Origin: an uncultured Eubacteriales bacterium
GTDB lineage: Bacteria > Bacillota > Clostridia > Christensenellales > Pumilibacteraceae
Direction of reading: 5' to 3'
DNA length: 55,146 nucleotides
Assembly (NCBI GenBank): GCA_902783025.1
Contig: CACZPH010000048.1
Span: forward strand, 1-55,146
Part shown: piece after piece, positions 16,578-26,303 of the stretch
Numbering within the stretch: the stretch's first letter is position 1
Layout: each line of letters opens with the position of its first letter
The notes under the pieces: model-generated
What the model was told of the DNA's origin: nothing
The model's database searches: none
What the model saw: only the letters and a program-made list of their open reading frames with translations
Program-made: the position numbers and the translations under genes

Positions 16578-17459
16578 TCAGTCATCGTATGTTTTTTCTA
16601 TTCTTTCGAGTATATCGACGATTCGATCGAGATCGTCGCGCGTATAATAGTCGATATAGATCCTGCCCTTATGGTCGTTGCCTATCGCGGAAACCTTGGT
16701 GGCGAAAGCTCTTTGGAGACGATGAACCATATCCACAAGCTCCAAACTCTGAGCTTTTTTGTCTTTCTTTTCTTTAGGCGGGTTAAGATAGTTTTTGACG
16801 AGTTTTTCGAAATCGCGTACGCTGAGTTGATCTTTTACGCATTTATCGGCAAGATTTCCTTGCGCTACTTCGTCGCTTACGACTACCAAACAGCGCGCAT
16901 GACCGGAAGAAAGCTTTCCCGCGGAAACAAGAGACATTACGTATGGCGAAAGAGTCAACAAACGAAGCGTGTTTGCAACGGCGGGACGGCTCTTGCCTAT
17001 GCGGTCGGCGACTTCTTCCTGAGTATACTTATACTCGTCCATGAGTTGTTTTATCGCGTTGGCAGTTTCGATCGGGTTAAGATCTTCGCGCTGTAGGTTT
17101 TCGATAAGAGAAATCTCTTTGACTTGCTTGGGCGTATAGTTGCGGATTATCGCGGGCATGGTAAGAAGACCGGCTTTCTTTGCGGCGCGGTAACGTCTTT
17201 CGCCCGCTATTATCATATATCCGCCGTCTTGTTCCACCACGATAATGGGAGCGATAACGCCGTGTATACGAATACTGTTAGCCAGTTCGTTAAGAGCAAC
17301 TTCGTCGAAATTCTTTCGCGGCTGATTTACGTTAGGGAAAATTTTCGTAATGGGGAGTTCTTTGGTCGCCGCGGCGGAGTTTTCTTCCTCGAGTCTATTT
17401 TCGTATTCTTCGGACGAGTCGGAAAATAAAGCGCTCAAACCTTTGCCTAAACCTTTCAT
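16578..17459 (-). CDS. parB: Chromosome partitioning protein ParB/Spo0J
   Basis: MKGLGKGLSALF N-terminus, the ParB-box/CTP motif IIAGERRYRAAKKAG, and the HTH EVADRIGKSRPAVANTLRLL. Confidence 0.9.
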   Translation of the reverse strand: MKGLGKGLSALFSDSSEEYENRLEEENSAAATKELPITKIFPNVNQPRKNFDEVALNELANSIRIHGVIAPIIVVEQDGGYMIIAGERRYRAAKKAGLLTMPAIIRNYTPKQVKEISLIENLQREDLNPIETANAIKQLMDEYKYTQEEVADRIGKSRPAVANTLRLLTLSPYVMSLVSAGKLSSGHARCLVVVSDEVAQGNLADKCVKDQLSVRDFEKLVKNYLNPPKEKKDKKAQSLELVDMVHRLQRAFATKVSAIGNDHKGRIYIDYYTRDDLDRIVDILERIEKTYDD

Positions 17460-17631
17460 GCTCTTTCTCCTTTAGTTATGAAAACATAACAAAAAATAAA
17501 TATTTTTCTTTACGCTCATATTATAGCATTTTTCAGCGTAAAAGCGCAACAAAAACCGCGCCGAAAAAAAGAAAAAGTATCGGAGTATTCAGCTAAACGT
17601 CCGCAAAATAACACAAAACAAACAAAATTGC

Positions 17632-17661
17632 TTGATATAATTCCCAATAATGTGATATAAT
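17632..17661 (+). promoter_or_regulatory. Sigma-A type promoter of ftsH (extended -10)
   Basis: TTGATA (17632-17637), 18-nt spacer, TGaTATAAT (17653-17661). Confidence 0.6.
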
Positions 17662-17698
17662 AAACTACGGCGCGTAATGCGCGCACACGGAGGGCAGC

Positions 17699-19609
17699 TT
17701 GAAAAGAAGAAGTTTTATAATTATGATTTTAGCCATTTTGGCGGCGGTGGCGCTCGCGTTTATCATTTACAACGTTACCACTCAGCCGACCGCGGTAAAA
17801 CCCGATAAATTTTTGGAAGAATTGGGAACGGGCGAAAACCAAACAAAAATTACTTCAATAACACTCGAAAAGGACGATAGACTAACTTACACAATCGGCA
17901 ATACGAAATATATCGTAGAATGGAGACCGGAATCCGATCTTGCTACTTATAAAGACGGCGAGGATTACCTGATTGCCAAATGGGTCAAGAAGTATAATGC
18001 GGACTATCCCGACAAAAAGATCTCGTATTTGTCTAAAAACCGTTACGAATCGAGTTTTTGGTCGTATATACCCATGATCGGCACAGGGATACTTATGATA
18101 ATTTTCCTTATCGTGCTGTTCCGCGGGATGTCGAGCCAAAACCGCCAAGCCACGATGTTTTCGCAGTCCAAGGCGGAGAAAGAAGACAAGATCAAGATAC
18201 GCTTTACCGACGTAGCGGGCGCGGATGAAGAAAAAGAAGAAGTCAAAGAAATAGTCGAGTTCCTCAAAAATCCGCAGAAGTTTACGGCGGTAGGCGCCAA
18301 GATCCCGCGCGGCGTGCTCATGGTGGGTCCGCCCGGCACGGGTAAAACGCTGCTTGCCAAGGCGATAGCCGGCGAAGCGAACGTGCCGTTCTTTTCCGTT
18401 TCGGGTTCGGACTTTGTGGAAATGTACGTCGGCGTAGGCGCGAGCCGCGTCCGCGATCTCTTCGAAAAGGCTAAACAAAATCAGCCGTGCATAATATTTA
18501 TAGACGAAATAGACGCGGTAGGCCGTCAGCGCGGCGCGGGACTGGGCGGCGGAAACGACGAAAGAGAACAGACTCTCAACCAGCTTCTCGTGCTTATGGA
18601 CGGATTTAAGACCAACGACGGCATTATCGTCATGGCGGCGACCAACCGCGCGGACGTACTCGATCCGGCGTTGCTTCGTCCGGGAAGATTCGACAGGCAG
18701 GTTTACGTACAACTCCCCGACGTAAGAGGCAGAGAGGCGATATTCAAGGTTCACGCGCGCAATAAGCCGATAGGCAAAGACGTCGACTTCAAGAAACTCG
18801 CGCGTATCACAAGCGGTTTTTCGGGCGCGGAGATAGCCAACTCGCTCAACGAAGCGGCTATACAGGCGGCGAAAGACAACCGCACCGTTATTACGATGGA
18901 AGACGTTTGCGAAGCCATCAACAAGGAAATGATGGGGCCCAAAAAGAAATCCAGACTCGTTACCGAAGTAGACAAGCGCATTACCGCTTATCACGAGGCG
19001 GGGCACGCGATCGTTTCGTGGTGCTTGCCCAACAATATGGAAGTACAGGAAGTCACGATCATTCCGCGCGGCAGAGCGGCGGGCTACACGCTTTCGCGAC
19101 CCGAAACCGACGACAATCATATCACGTTGTCAAACCTTAAGTATAATCTCGCCGTAGATCTCGGCGGAAGAGTAGCCGAAGAACTTGTTATTCAGGACAT
19201 TTCGGGCGGCGCGGTAGGCGATATCCAGAACGCGACGAACCTTGCGCGCAAAATGGTAACCGAGTGGGGTATGTCGAGCGAAATAGGCACCGTTTATTAC
19301 GGCGGCGATCAGGAAGTGTTCGTAGGTCGCGACTACGGTCAGGTTCAGCCGTATTCGGAAGGCACGAGCCAGAAGATCGACGCGGAAGTAAAAAAACTTA
19401 TCGACGAAGCGCACGCGACGGCGACGGAGATCCTCAGCGGAAAACTTGCCGAGCTCGACGTAATGGCGCGGGTCCTCATCTCGTGCGAAACGATTTACGC
19501 GCCCGAGGTCGAACTTATTATGCAAGGCAAATCCGCCGAGGAAGTCGAAAAAGCGCTCGAAGAAAGGCTTGCGATCGGCCCGGCAAACCCTAACGCAAAC
19601 GGAAATTAA
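17699..19609 (+). CDS. ftsH: ATP-dependent zinc metalloprotease FtsH
   Basis: N-terminal TM helices, AAA+ Walker A GPPGTGKT, Walker [12 protein letters not shown], and the zinc motif HEAGHA. TTG start with a GGAGGG RBS. Confidence 0.95.
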   Translation: MKRRSFIIMILAILAAVALAFIIYNVTTQPTAVKPDKFLEELGTGENQTKITSITLEKDDRLTYTIGNTKYIVEWRPESDLATYKDGEDYLIAKWVKKYNADYPDKKISYLSKNRYESSFWSYIPMIGTGILMIIFLIVLFRGMSSQNRQATMFSQSKAEKEDKIKIRFTDVAGADEEKEEVKEIVEFLKNPQKFTAVGAKIPRGVLMVGPPGTGKTLLAKAIAGEANVPFFSVSGSDFVEMYVGVGASRVRDLFEKAKQNQPCIIFIDEIDAVGRQRGAGLGGGNDEREQTLNQLLVLMDGFKTNDGIIVMAATNRADVLDPALLRPGRFDRQVYVQLPDVRGREAIFKVHARNKPIGKDVDFKKLARITSGFSGAEIANSLNEAAIQAAKDNRTVITMEDVCEAINKEMMGPKKKSRLVTEVDKRITAYHEAGHAIVSWCLPNNMEVQEVTIIPRGRAAGYTLSRPETDDNHITLSNLKYNLAVDLGGRVAEELVIQDISGGAVGDIQNATNLARKMVTEWGMSSEIGTVYYGGDQEVFVGRDYGQVQPYSEGTSQKIDAEVKKLIDEAHATATEILSGKLAELDVMARVLISCETIYAPEVELIMQGKSAEEVEKALEERLAIGPANPNANGN

Positions 19610-19649
19610 AACGTAATCAAACGAAAACTCTAATTTGGGAGCAAAAATC

Positions 19650-20279
19650 ATGAAAAAAAGAATTATTATCATCGTATCGATCGTTGTGGCGCTCGTGCTT
19701 GTACTCGGAGGCGTTGCGCTTACCCTTTCGCTCATCAAGACCAAGCCCGTGGAAGCCCTTTCGGACTACAAAACCGCGACCGTATATTTCGGCTCGTCCG
19801 ATACGGTAGGCTACGATATGTCGTCTTCGGTCAATAGCGCGAACGATAAGAAATTCCGCGGTCAGCTTAAAAATTGCTCGTTCAGCGCGATGCAGGCGTT
19901 CCTTTCGGGCAGAACGGCTAACGACAACGCCAAGTATTACGCGGACGGCGATCCGCTTACGCTTACGCTCGATCAGCTCGATTATTCGGCGGGCGGACTT
20001 TACGAACTTTCGTCATCGATCGTCGATCCGACTGTAGCGAGAGTCGTGCTTGCCTTTGCCGAAGAAAAAACGGCTAAGATAGGCAGCAAAACGTATACGT
20101 TCGATCACGTTCAGTTTCTCGTGCCTTACACCCAAGGGCAGATCAGAGAAGTGACCGTAGTGGCGTATTCGTCGAGCGAGACTTTTGACGAAGAAAGCGA
20201 CGCGCCCGAATTCGAAGTGTTCAAGATCCAAGCCAACACGTCGCCTCTTTACGATTTTGTAAACGGACTTAAGGCATAA
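19650..20279 (+). CDS. Membrane-anchored hypothetical protein
   Basis: The N-terminal signal-anchor KKRIIIIVSIVVALVLVLGGVAL is followed by about 170 soluble residues. ATG 19650 has GGGAG upstream. Confidence 0.6.
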   Translation: MKKRIIIIVSIVVALVLVLGGVALTLSLIKTKPVEALSDYKTATVYFGSSDTVGYDMSSSVNSANDKKFRGQLKNCSFSAMQAFLSGRTANDNAKYYADGDPLTLTLDQLDYSAGGLYELSSSIVDPTVARVVLAFAEEKTAKIGSKTYTFDHVQFLVPYTQGQIREVTVVAYSSSETFDEESDAPEFEVFKIQANTSPLYDFVNGLKA

Positions 20280-20284
20280 CGAGT

Positions 20285-20313
20285 TTCCCCGGCATATAAC
20301 CGGGGAATTTTTT
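20285..20313 (+). terminator. Rho-independent terminator
   Basis: TTCCCCGG / CATATAA loop / CCGGGGAA followed by T6. Confidence 0.75.
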
Positions 20314-20346
20314 AAAAAACGCAATACGTATCGCGTAAAAAACAAA

Positions 20347-22497
20347 ATGTTACCACCAATCAAGAAAACTTTTTTGCCGCCGCTTAATTTCCCCGCGCCG
20401 CATCAAGCGGTTATTTTCCGTTGCTACGGATACGTGCCGACGGACAGGCTTGCGCGGGTTTTGGGCTGCGACGAAGACGCGGTAAATCGCGAAGCGGAAA
20501 AATTAGGCCTTTCTCCCGCAAACGAGCGGACCGCGCGGCTGTGGAGCGAAAAAGGCTATCAGACCACTATCCGCAACGTTTGGTTTTTGCTCCCCTACGA
20601 GCAGATAGAAACGCTGACGGGATTTAGCGAAACGGAACTTGATTACATTCTCAAGGAAGAAGACTTTTTTTCGGTAAAACTCGGTTGGTTCAAGCCCGAG
20701 TGCGAAGAGATAAAATACGCGCCGCTTAGCGCAGAAGCGGAAAAAGCGACCGCAAAAATCAAAGAAGCGGTTATGGCGGCAAAAAACGGCAGAGAAGAAA
20801 AGCCTTTCGTGTTCTTTGACGGGACTCCCGATTGGGGCGTGGCTAGGCAAAAAGGCGGCGAGCGCATAGTTCACGGATTTTTGACGCCGTGCGGCGACCC
20901 TTTGGCGGAAAACTCGGAAGAATACCTGCCCGATACGCTGCTTAAGGCGTACGCGGACGGCGGAATAACGGGGCTTTGGATGCACGGCGTGCTCTCGACG
21001 CTCTCGCCATACCCCTTTAAGCCGTCGCTTTGCCGCGGCTACGAAGACAGACGGCGGGAACTTAACGGACTGATCGAGCGGTGCAAAAAGTACGGAATAA
21101 AGGTGTATTTGTATTTTAACGAGCCGCGCTGTCTCGCCGAGAGCGATCTCGGAAAATTTTCGTATCTTGCGGGCGAAAAACGCGACGGGTTCGCGGCTTT
21201 GTGTTTCGAAAAGCGAGAAGTGCGCGAATATTTGTTTGAGGCGGTCAAGGACCTTGTTTCGGCGTGTCCGGATCTGGGCGGCATAATAACCATCACAATG
21301 TCGGAGTATCTCACGCATTGCAGATGCCGCAAGGAAACGTCTTGCCCGATATGCAAAAACGAGCCGCGCTACAAGTCGCCCGCGTGGGTAAACAACGTGT
21401 TTTACCGCGCGATACAAGCGAGCGGAAGCAAATGCGAGCTTATTGCCAATCTTTGGGCGTGGGCGCATTATATGCGTTTTACGGACGACGACGTGGTCAA
21501 GGGGATCGAAACGCTCGATAAGGGGATTTCGGTCATGTGCGTGAGCGAGTGCGAACTCGACATAGGCAAAAACGGCGTAAAAAACAAACTCAAGGACTAT
21601 TCGATTTCCAACCCGGGACCGAGCGAGTTGAGCAAACTTATTTTGTCTACCGCCCGAAAATCTGGGCATAAGACTTACGCCAAGATCCAGGTCAACAACA
21701 GCTGGGAAATGTCAACCGTGCCGTATCTGCCCGTGTTCGATCTCGTAGCGGAGCATCTTACAAACCTTGCCAAAGAAAACGTCTACGATTATATGCTGTC
21801 CTGGACCTTGGGCGGATACCCGTCGCCGACGCTGAGGCTGTGCGCGGATTTTGCGCAAAAACGCGATACGTTTTGTCTTAGCGACTGGTACAAGGACGTT
21901 TTCGGTAAGAACGGCGAGCGCGTGCACGAGGCGGTAAAGCGCTTTTGCGCGGGCTTTGAGGAGTTTCCTTTTTCGATGTCGTGTCTGTATTATTCGCCCA
22001 AAAATCTCGGCTCTGCAAACCTGTGGAGCGTTGAGAAAAACACTAACGCTTCGGCTATGGTGGGATTCAGTTTCGACGATTACGAAACGTGGACGGCGGA
22101 TTATCCGGTAGACAAATATATCGAGCAGTTTACTAAACTTCTTACGCTTTGGAAAAGCGGACTCGATATTTTGGGACCGCTTGAAAATAACGCGCGGGTA
22201 AGAGAAGTTTATAACTTCGCAAAAGGCGCTTTCTTTGCCTTCGAGTACGACCTTATACATACGCGATACGCCCTATACAAGCGCAATTTGAGCGACAACG
22301 CGGAGCGTCTTATCGACTTAGCCGCCGAGGCAAAGCGCAACGCAAAAGCGGCGCTCGATCTCATTTACGAGGACGGGCGGTACGGCTACGAGGCGTCCAA
22401 CCATTATTTTTTCAACGAGCGCAATATGCTCGAAAAGCTGTTAAATCTCGATAATTTTATCGACGAAATAAAAAAACAAAAAAGGAGCCAATTATGA
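20347..22497 (+). CDS. Hypothetical 716-aa protein (possible glycoside-hydrolase-like enzyme; function unknown)
   Basis: Long ORF with normal composition. It overlaps the next gene by ATGA. It contains the Cys cluster HCRCRKETSCPICK. No family was recognised with confidence. Confidence 0.6.
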   Translation: MLPPIKKTFLPPLNFPAPHQAVIFRCYGYVPTDRLARVLGCDEDAVNREAEKLGLSPANERTARLWSEKGYQTTIRNVWFLLPYEQIETLTGFSETELDYILKEEDFFSVKLGWFKPECEEIKYAPLSAEAEKATAKIKEAVMAAKNGREEKPFVFFDGTPDWGVARQKGGERIVHGFLTPCGDPLAENSEEYLPDTLLKAYADGGITGLWMHGVLSTLSPYPFKPSLCRGYEDRRRELNGLIERCKKYGIKVYLYFNEPRCLAESDLGKFSYLAGEKRDGFAALCFEKREVREYLFEAVKDLVSACPDLGGIITITMSEYLTHCRCRKETSCPICKNEPRYKSPAWVNNVFYRAIQASGSKCELIANLWAWAHYMRFTDDDVVKGIETLDKGISVMCVSECELDIGKNGVKNKLKDYSISNPGPSELSKLILSTARKSGHKTYAKIQVNNSWEMSTVPYLPVFDLVAEHLTNLAKENVYDYMLSWTLGGYPSPTLRLCADFAQKRDTFCLSDWYKDVFGKNGERVHEAVKRFCAGFEEFPFSMSCLYYSPKNLGSANLWSVEKNTNASAMVGFSFDDYETWTADYPVDKYIEQFTKLLTLWKSGLDILGPLENNARVREVYNFAKGAFFAFEYDLIHTRYALYKRNLSDNAERLIDLAAEAKRNAKAALDLIYEDGRYGYEASNHYFFNERNMLEKLLNLDNFIDEIKKQKRSQL

Positions 22498-23417
22498 AAA
22501 AGATCAGTATTTCGATCGGAGAGTACCAACGCAAGTACGGCGAAGAAGGCGCGCTTAAAATAGCGAAGGAAATAGGCGCGGACGCGGTGGACTTCTCGCT
22601 TCTCGACTTTTACGACTACCGCACGCCGGGCAATATTTACACCAAGAGCGACGAAGAGATTTTCGACCACTTCGCACGCCTTAAGAAATACGCCGGGTCC
22701 ATAGGGCTGGAGATAGGTCAGACGCACGGTCAGATCCGCGGCTTTACGCTCGACGAAGAGCAAAACGCCGCGCTGGTACGCAACGCCGAAAAAGAATGTA
22801 TCGCGACTCTCGCGCTCGGCGCGCCCGTTTGCGTAATGCACACCGTTACGACGATCTATATGGGACCGGACGCGGACCCCGAACTTATGCGCAAGATGAA
22901 TTTCGACCAGTTCTGCGCCGTGCTGCCCTTTGCCGCGAAAAACGGCATAAAGATAGCGACCGAGACTTTCGGCGACGCGACGGGAAGAGGCTGTATCGAC
23001 TTTTTCGGCGACCTTACCGAGTTTATCAACGGATACAAGAAGATCAAGACGGAGTCGGGATACGGCGAATATTTTACCACCTGCATAGATACCGGACACT
23101 CCAACAAGTCCACGCGCTTCCCCGGCAACCCCAAGCCCGGCGACGTTATCCGCGCCGTTGGCGGCGAAAATATCAGCGTATTGCACCTTAACGACAACGA
23201 CACGCTTACCGATCAGCACAAAGTTCCGCTTTCGGGCGTTATCGACTGGGACGACGTGCTGAACGCTCTCGACGAAGTGGGATACAACGGCAACTATAAT
23301 ATGGAACTCAATCTCCGCTACTTCGGCGAAGAAATAAGCAAGGAATACGGCGCCTTCTCGATAGCCGTCCTTCGCAATATGCTCGAGCGCCATTACAGCG
23401 GTAAACATTGTAAATAA
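22494..23417 (+). CDS. Sugar phosphate isomerase/epimerase (xylose-isomerase-like TIM barrel)
   Basis: IDTGHSN and VLHLNDND...DQHKVPLSGVIDW...GYNGNYNMEL match the AP_endonuc_2/TIM family pattern. Confidence 0.75.
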   Translation: MKKISISIGEYQRKYGEEGALKIAKEIGADAVDFSLLDFYDYRTPGNIYTKSDEEIFDHFARLKKYAGSIGLEIGQTHGQIRGFTLDEEQNAALVRNAEKECIATLALGAPVCVMHTVTTIYMGPDADPELMRKMNFDQFCAVLPFAAKNGIKIATETFGDATGRGCIDFFGDLTEFINGYKKIKTESGYGEYFTTCIDTGHSNKSTRFPGNPKPGDVIRAVGGENISVLHLNDNDTLTDQHKVPLSGVIDWDDVLNALDEVGYNGNYNMELNLRYFGEEISKEYGAFSIAVLRNMLERHYSGKHCK

Positions 23418-23600
23418 ACGCGTTTTTCGCTTTAAGCGACAATGCAAAACCGAATCGTTACAGCGAGAAACCCAACGTCGGCGCACAATCAAAACCGCAC
23501 CGCAACACAGCGAAGCCGCGCGTCAGACAATGCGCTCAAAAAGTGTGAAAAACGAAACTTTAAGCAGTAAAATTAACCGAAAATCACCGAAAAACAACAC

Positions 23601-23633
23601 AAAAACGGAGCGACAAAACCGCCCCGTTTTTTT
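23601..23633 (+). terminator. Rho-independent terminator about 190 nt after the preceding stop codon
   Basis: ACGGAGCG / ACAAAAC loop / CGCCCCGT followed by T7. Confidence 0.6.
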
Positions 23634-23763
23634 GTGTAATGAGTATTATTTTTTTATCCAAGTAGATCGCGTGTATTCAAAAATTAAACAGCGTGCCGCT
23701 TTTGTCGGATCAGACAAAGTTTCACGGTTAAGAGGAAAGGAGTCGGCTTCCCAACCGTAAAAT

Positions 23764-24426
23764 CTATCTCTTTCTGCGACGCAAAAACAGTTTTTCGTTG
23801 AGAGAAAAGGGGATCTCTTCTTCGCCGCCGAGCATTTCCGTCACGTAAGCGAGCCGGGCGATTTTTTCTGCGGCAAGGGCGTTTTTCAGCGCTTCGTCGG
23901 TGGTTGTGCCGAAAGCCAGCAGCCCCAGCGACGCAACGAGGCAAGCCGGAGTGTAGGCAAGAGTCGTGTTTTTGAGAACGGCGACGACGTCGGCGCCGAC
24001 GTTTTGTTCGAAGTCTTTATCGTCGTCCGAAGTTTCGTTGGCGGAATCGAGATCTATGCACGGCACGGCTCCCAAGTAGCGCGAACCGTGGTATGCGCCG
24101 TATACCGGGATATTGCGCTTTGCCTGAGCAAAAGCGGCGGCGTACGTGGGAGAAGCCTCGACTATCGAAGATATTTCTTCAAGTTCGGAATAAATCTCGA
24201 TATGCGCGAAAGCGTCATGCGTAATATCTCCGTCCCCCTCGACGATCTCGCCCGTGCAGTCCACGACCAACATATCTTCGTACGACAGCTTTTCGATGTC
24301 TACGCCGCGGGGCGCGAGTACGATAAGACCCGTTTCGCGGTCGATGGCGGAACAAAACCCGTCCTCGAGCTTTTCGCCGACGGATCTGTTTGTTTCCCAC
24401 ACTTTTATTTTTAAGGCTTCGAGCAT
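23764..24426 (-). CDS. Class II aldolase/adducin-fold protein (L-ribulose-5-P 4-epimerase-like)
   Basis: 220 aa with the fold-typical layout (GLIVLAPRGVDIEKLSYEDMLVVD...THDAFAHIEIY). The start was set at ATG 24424-24426, with GGAG 8 nt upstream. Confidence 0.6.
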   Translation of the reverse strand: MLEALKIKVWETNRSVGEKLEDGFCSAIDRETGLIVLAPRGVDIEKLSYEDMLVVDCTGEIVEGDGDITHDAFAHIEIYSELEEISSIVEASPTYAAAFAQAKRNIPVYGAYHGSRYLGAVPCIDLDSANETSDDDKDFEQNVGADVVAVLKNTTLAYTPACLVASLGLLAFGTTTDEALKNALAAEKIARLAYVTEMLGGEEEIPFSLNEKLFLRRRKR

Positions 24427-24535
24427 AATAAAACTCCTTTTTGTCATTGTAAACGATAGGGAGCGGCTTTGTCAATAGTATATTTGAATTTTGTCGTATT
24501 TTTTTCGCGCGCGAGCCGCTCAGAGGCGTTTTGTC

Positions 24536-24564
24536 TTGACAAAGTCGACGAGTCAAGGTATAAT
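24536..24564 (+). promoter_or_regulatory. Sigma-A type promoter of the HAD-ATPase pair
   Basis: TTGACA (24536-24541), 17-nt spacer, TATAAT (24559-24564). Confidence 0.65.
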
Positions 24565-24584
24565 ACTTGGGACAAGGAGACATC

Positions 24585-25226
24585 ATGAAGAATACGGTAA
24601 TTTTCGATCTCGACGGCACGCTTCTCAACACTCTTTCCGACCTTACCGACAGCATGAATTTCGCGCTCGCCGCGCACGGCCTTCCCGCTATAAGCGAGCA
24701 AAGCGCCAAAATGATGCTGGGTAACGGCATCGAGTATTTCGCGCGCAAAGCCGTTGGCGATAAGCAGGACGAAACGGCGGCGGTCCTCGACACCTTTAAG
24801 GCGCGCTACAAAGCGCACTCGGCGGATCGTACCGCGCCGTACGACGGCGTTTTGCCGCTGCTGCGCACGCTGAAAGAGCGCGGAATAAAAACCGCGATAG
24901 TGTCCAATAAAATACATTTCGCCGTCGAGGATCTCAACGCGACGATGTTCGAGGGGCTTGTCGGCGTGGCGATGGGAGAGAGAGAAGGAATCAGGCGCAA
25001 ACCCGCGCCCGATATGGTTTACCTTGCGCTCGATCTGCTCGGAGCGAAAAAAGACGAAACCTTGTACGTAGGCGACAGCGACACGGATCTGCTTACCGCC
25101 GCTAACGCCGGACTCGAAGCCGTGGCGGTAACGTGGGGCTTCCGCTCCCGCGAATTCCTGATAGGTTGCGGCGCGTCGAAACTTATCGATAAGCCCGAAG
25201 AGCTGCTGAAGTGTCTGGAGACTTAA
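24585..25226 (+). CDS. HAD-family hydrolase (phosphoglycolate-phosphatase-like)
   Basis: HAD motif I (IFDLDGTLLNT), motif II (VSNK) and motif III/IV (YVGDSDTD). AAGGAGA RBS present. Confidence 0.85.
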   Translation: MKNTVIFDLDGTLLNTLSDLTDSMNFALAAHGLPAISEQSAKMMLGNGIEYFARKAVGDKQDETAAVLDTFKARYKAHSADRTAPYDGVLPLLRTLKERGIKTAIVSNKIHFAVEDLNATMFEGLVGVAMGEREGIRRKPAPDMVYLALDLLGAKKDETLYVGDSDTDLLTAANAGLEAVAVTWGFRSREFLIGCGASKLIDKPEELLKCLET

Positions 25227-25229
25227 GGG

Positions 25230-26003
25230 ATGCCTATACTTGTCAAAGCAAAAATCGAAAACCGCGACAGACTGAGCGTTTATCCTTTCTTTTCTAAACT
25301 GTTCCGCGACGGTTTTACGGTGGAATTCGATCCCATAACGATCATCGCCGGCGAAAACGGCGTGGGAAAATCGACTTTTCTCGAGTCTCTTGCCCATTCG
25401 ATAGGCTTTTCGTCGTTTGGCGGAGGCATAAATCACACGACGATCTTGGGCGGCGTGAATTATGCCATAGTACACGGCAACAACCCATGGGAAACGCTAA
25501 AGGAGTCGGCGGAAGAGGACGACGATCTGATTTCGCAGATCGACGATTGCACGCTCTCCGATTATATGAAACTATCCTGGCAATACAAAACGAAAAAAGG
25601 CTGGTTTGTCCGCGCCGAGACATTTGCCGCGCTCGTCAGCATAGGGCTTAAGGATTTTTACGCGGGAGATAGGAGCCACGGCGAAGGGATCGTCGACGTT
25701 TTAAACGGGATAGAGCAAGAGGGGATATATATTCTCGACGAACCCGAGTCGGGTTTGTCCCCGAGCAAAATGATGCATATGATGCTCATTATTTCCCAAA
25801 AACAGAAACAATACGGCGCGCAGTTTATTATTTCCACGCACAACCCTATGCTTATGAGTATTCCGGGCGCGAAATTACTGTATATGACGACGGACGAAAT
25901 AAAACGGGTTGCGCCGGAGGAAACGCCGCACTTTCAGTTGACTAAGTATTTTTTGAATAATCCGGAAGGCTTCATAAACAAACTTTTTTCGGACGACGAG
26001 TGA
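25230..26003 (+). CDS. AAA/ABC-like ATPase (COG3910-type predicted ATPase)
   Basis: Walker A GENGVGKST and Walker B IYILDEPESGLSP. The start lies 3 nt after the HAD stop. Confidence 0.7.
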   Translation: MPILVKAKIENRDRLSVYPFFSKLFRDGFTVEFDPITIIAGENGVGKSTFLESLAHSIGFSSFGGGINHTTILGGVNYAIVHGNNPWETLKESAEEDDDLISQIDDCTLSDYMKLSWQYKTKKGWFVRAETFAALVSIGLKDFYAGDRSHGEGIVDVLNGIEQEGIYILDEPESGLSPSKMMHMMLIISQKQKQYGAQFIISTHNPMLMSIPGAKLLYMTTDEIKRVAPEETPHFQLTKYFLNNPEGFINKLFSDDE

Positions 26004-26069
26004 TCCGACTAAAAGCAAAAGGGAAAAATTTTTCCAAAACATCCTTCGACGGAAAAACCGCAAAATTCC

Positions 26070-26098
26070 TTGACAAAATATTTTGCGTGTGGTACTAT
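26070..26098 (+). promoter_or_regulatory. Promoter of tRNA-Ser
   Basis: TTGACA (26070-26075), 17-nt spacer, TGgTACTAT (26090-26098). Confidence 0.6.
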
Positions 26099-26123
26099 AT
26101 TAGGGCATATTTGGGATAGGCAT

Positions 26124-26218
26124 GGAGAAATACCCAAGAGGCTATAAGGGGACCCCCTGCTAAGGGGTTAGTACGGGCTTTACCTGTAGCGCGAGTTCGA
26201 ATCTCGCTTTCTCCGCCA
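26124..26218 (+). tRNA. tRNA-Ser (anticodon GCU), class II with long variable arm, CCA encoded
   Basis: Hand-folded. Acceptor GGAGAAA/TTTCTCC. Anticodon stem ACCCC/GGGGT with loop CTGCTAA. Variable arm TACGGG-CTTTA-CCTGTA. T arm GCGAG-TTCGAAT-CTCGC, then GCCA. Confidence 0.9.
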
Positions 26219-26260
26219 CGAAAAGGGCAATCGCTTGATTGCCCTTTTTCCGTGGGGAGA
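26211..26260 (+). repeat. Left copy of the 50-bp perfect direct repeat (att-like)
   Basis: CTCCGCCACGAAAAGGGCAATCGCTTGATTGCCCTTTTTCCGTGGGGAGA is identical to 30902-30951. It includes the last 8 nt of tRNA-Ser. Confidence 0.9.
26221..26249 (+). terminator. tRNA-Ser terminator (inside the direct repeat)
   Basis: AAGGGCAATC / GCTT loop / GATTGCCCTT followed by TTT. Confidence 0.75.
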
Positions 26261-26303
26261 AAGCGAGAAGGAGAACTTTGACTTTATACAGATTTTGGCT
26301 TTC

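Noticed and set aside
17882-19744. 412-aa and 204-aa minus-strand ORFs
   Set aside because: They are antisense to ftsH, whose identity is certain (Walker A/B, HEAGH).
20503-25475. Minus-strand ORFs 20503-21669, 21712-22260, 22404-23492 and 24444-25475, and the plus-strand ORF 24004-24414
   Set aside because: Each is antisense to a better-supported gene: the 716-aa ORF, the TIM barrel, HAD/ATPase, or the aldolase-fold gene. All have Arg-rich low-complexity products.
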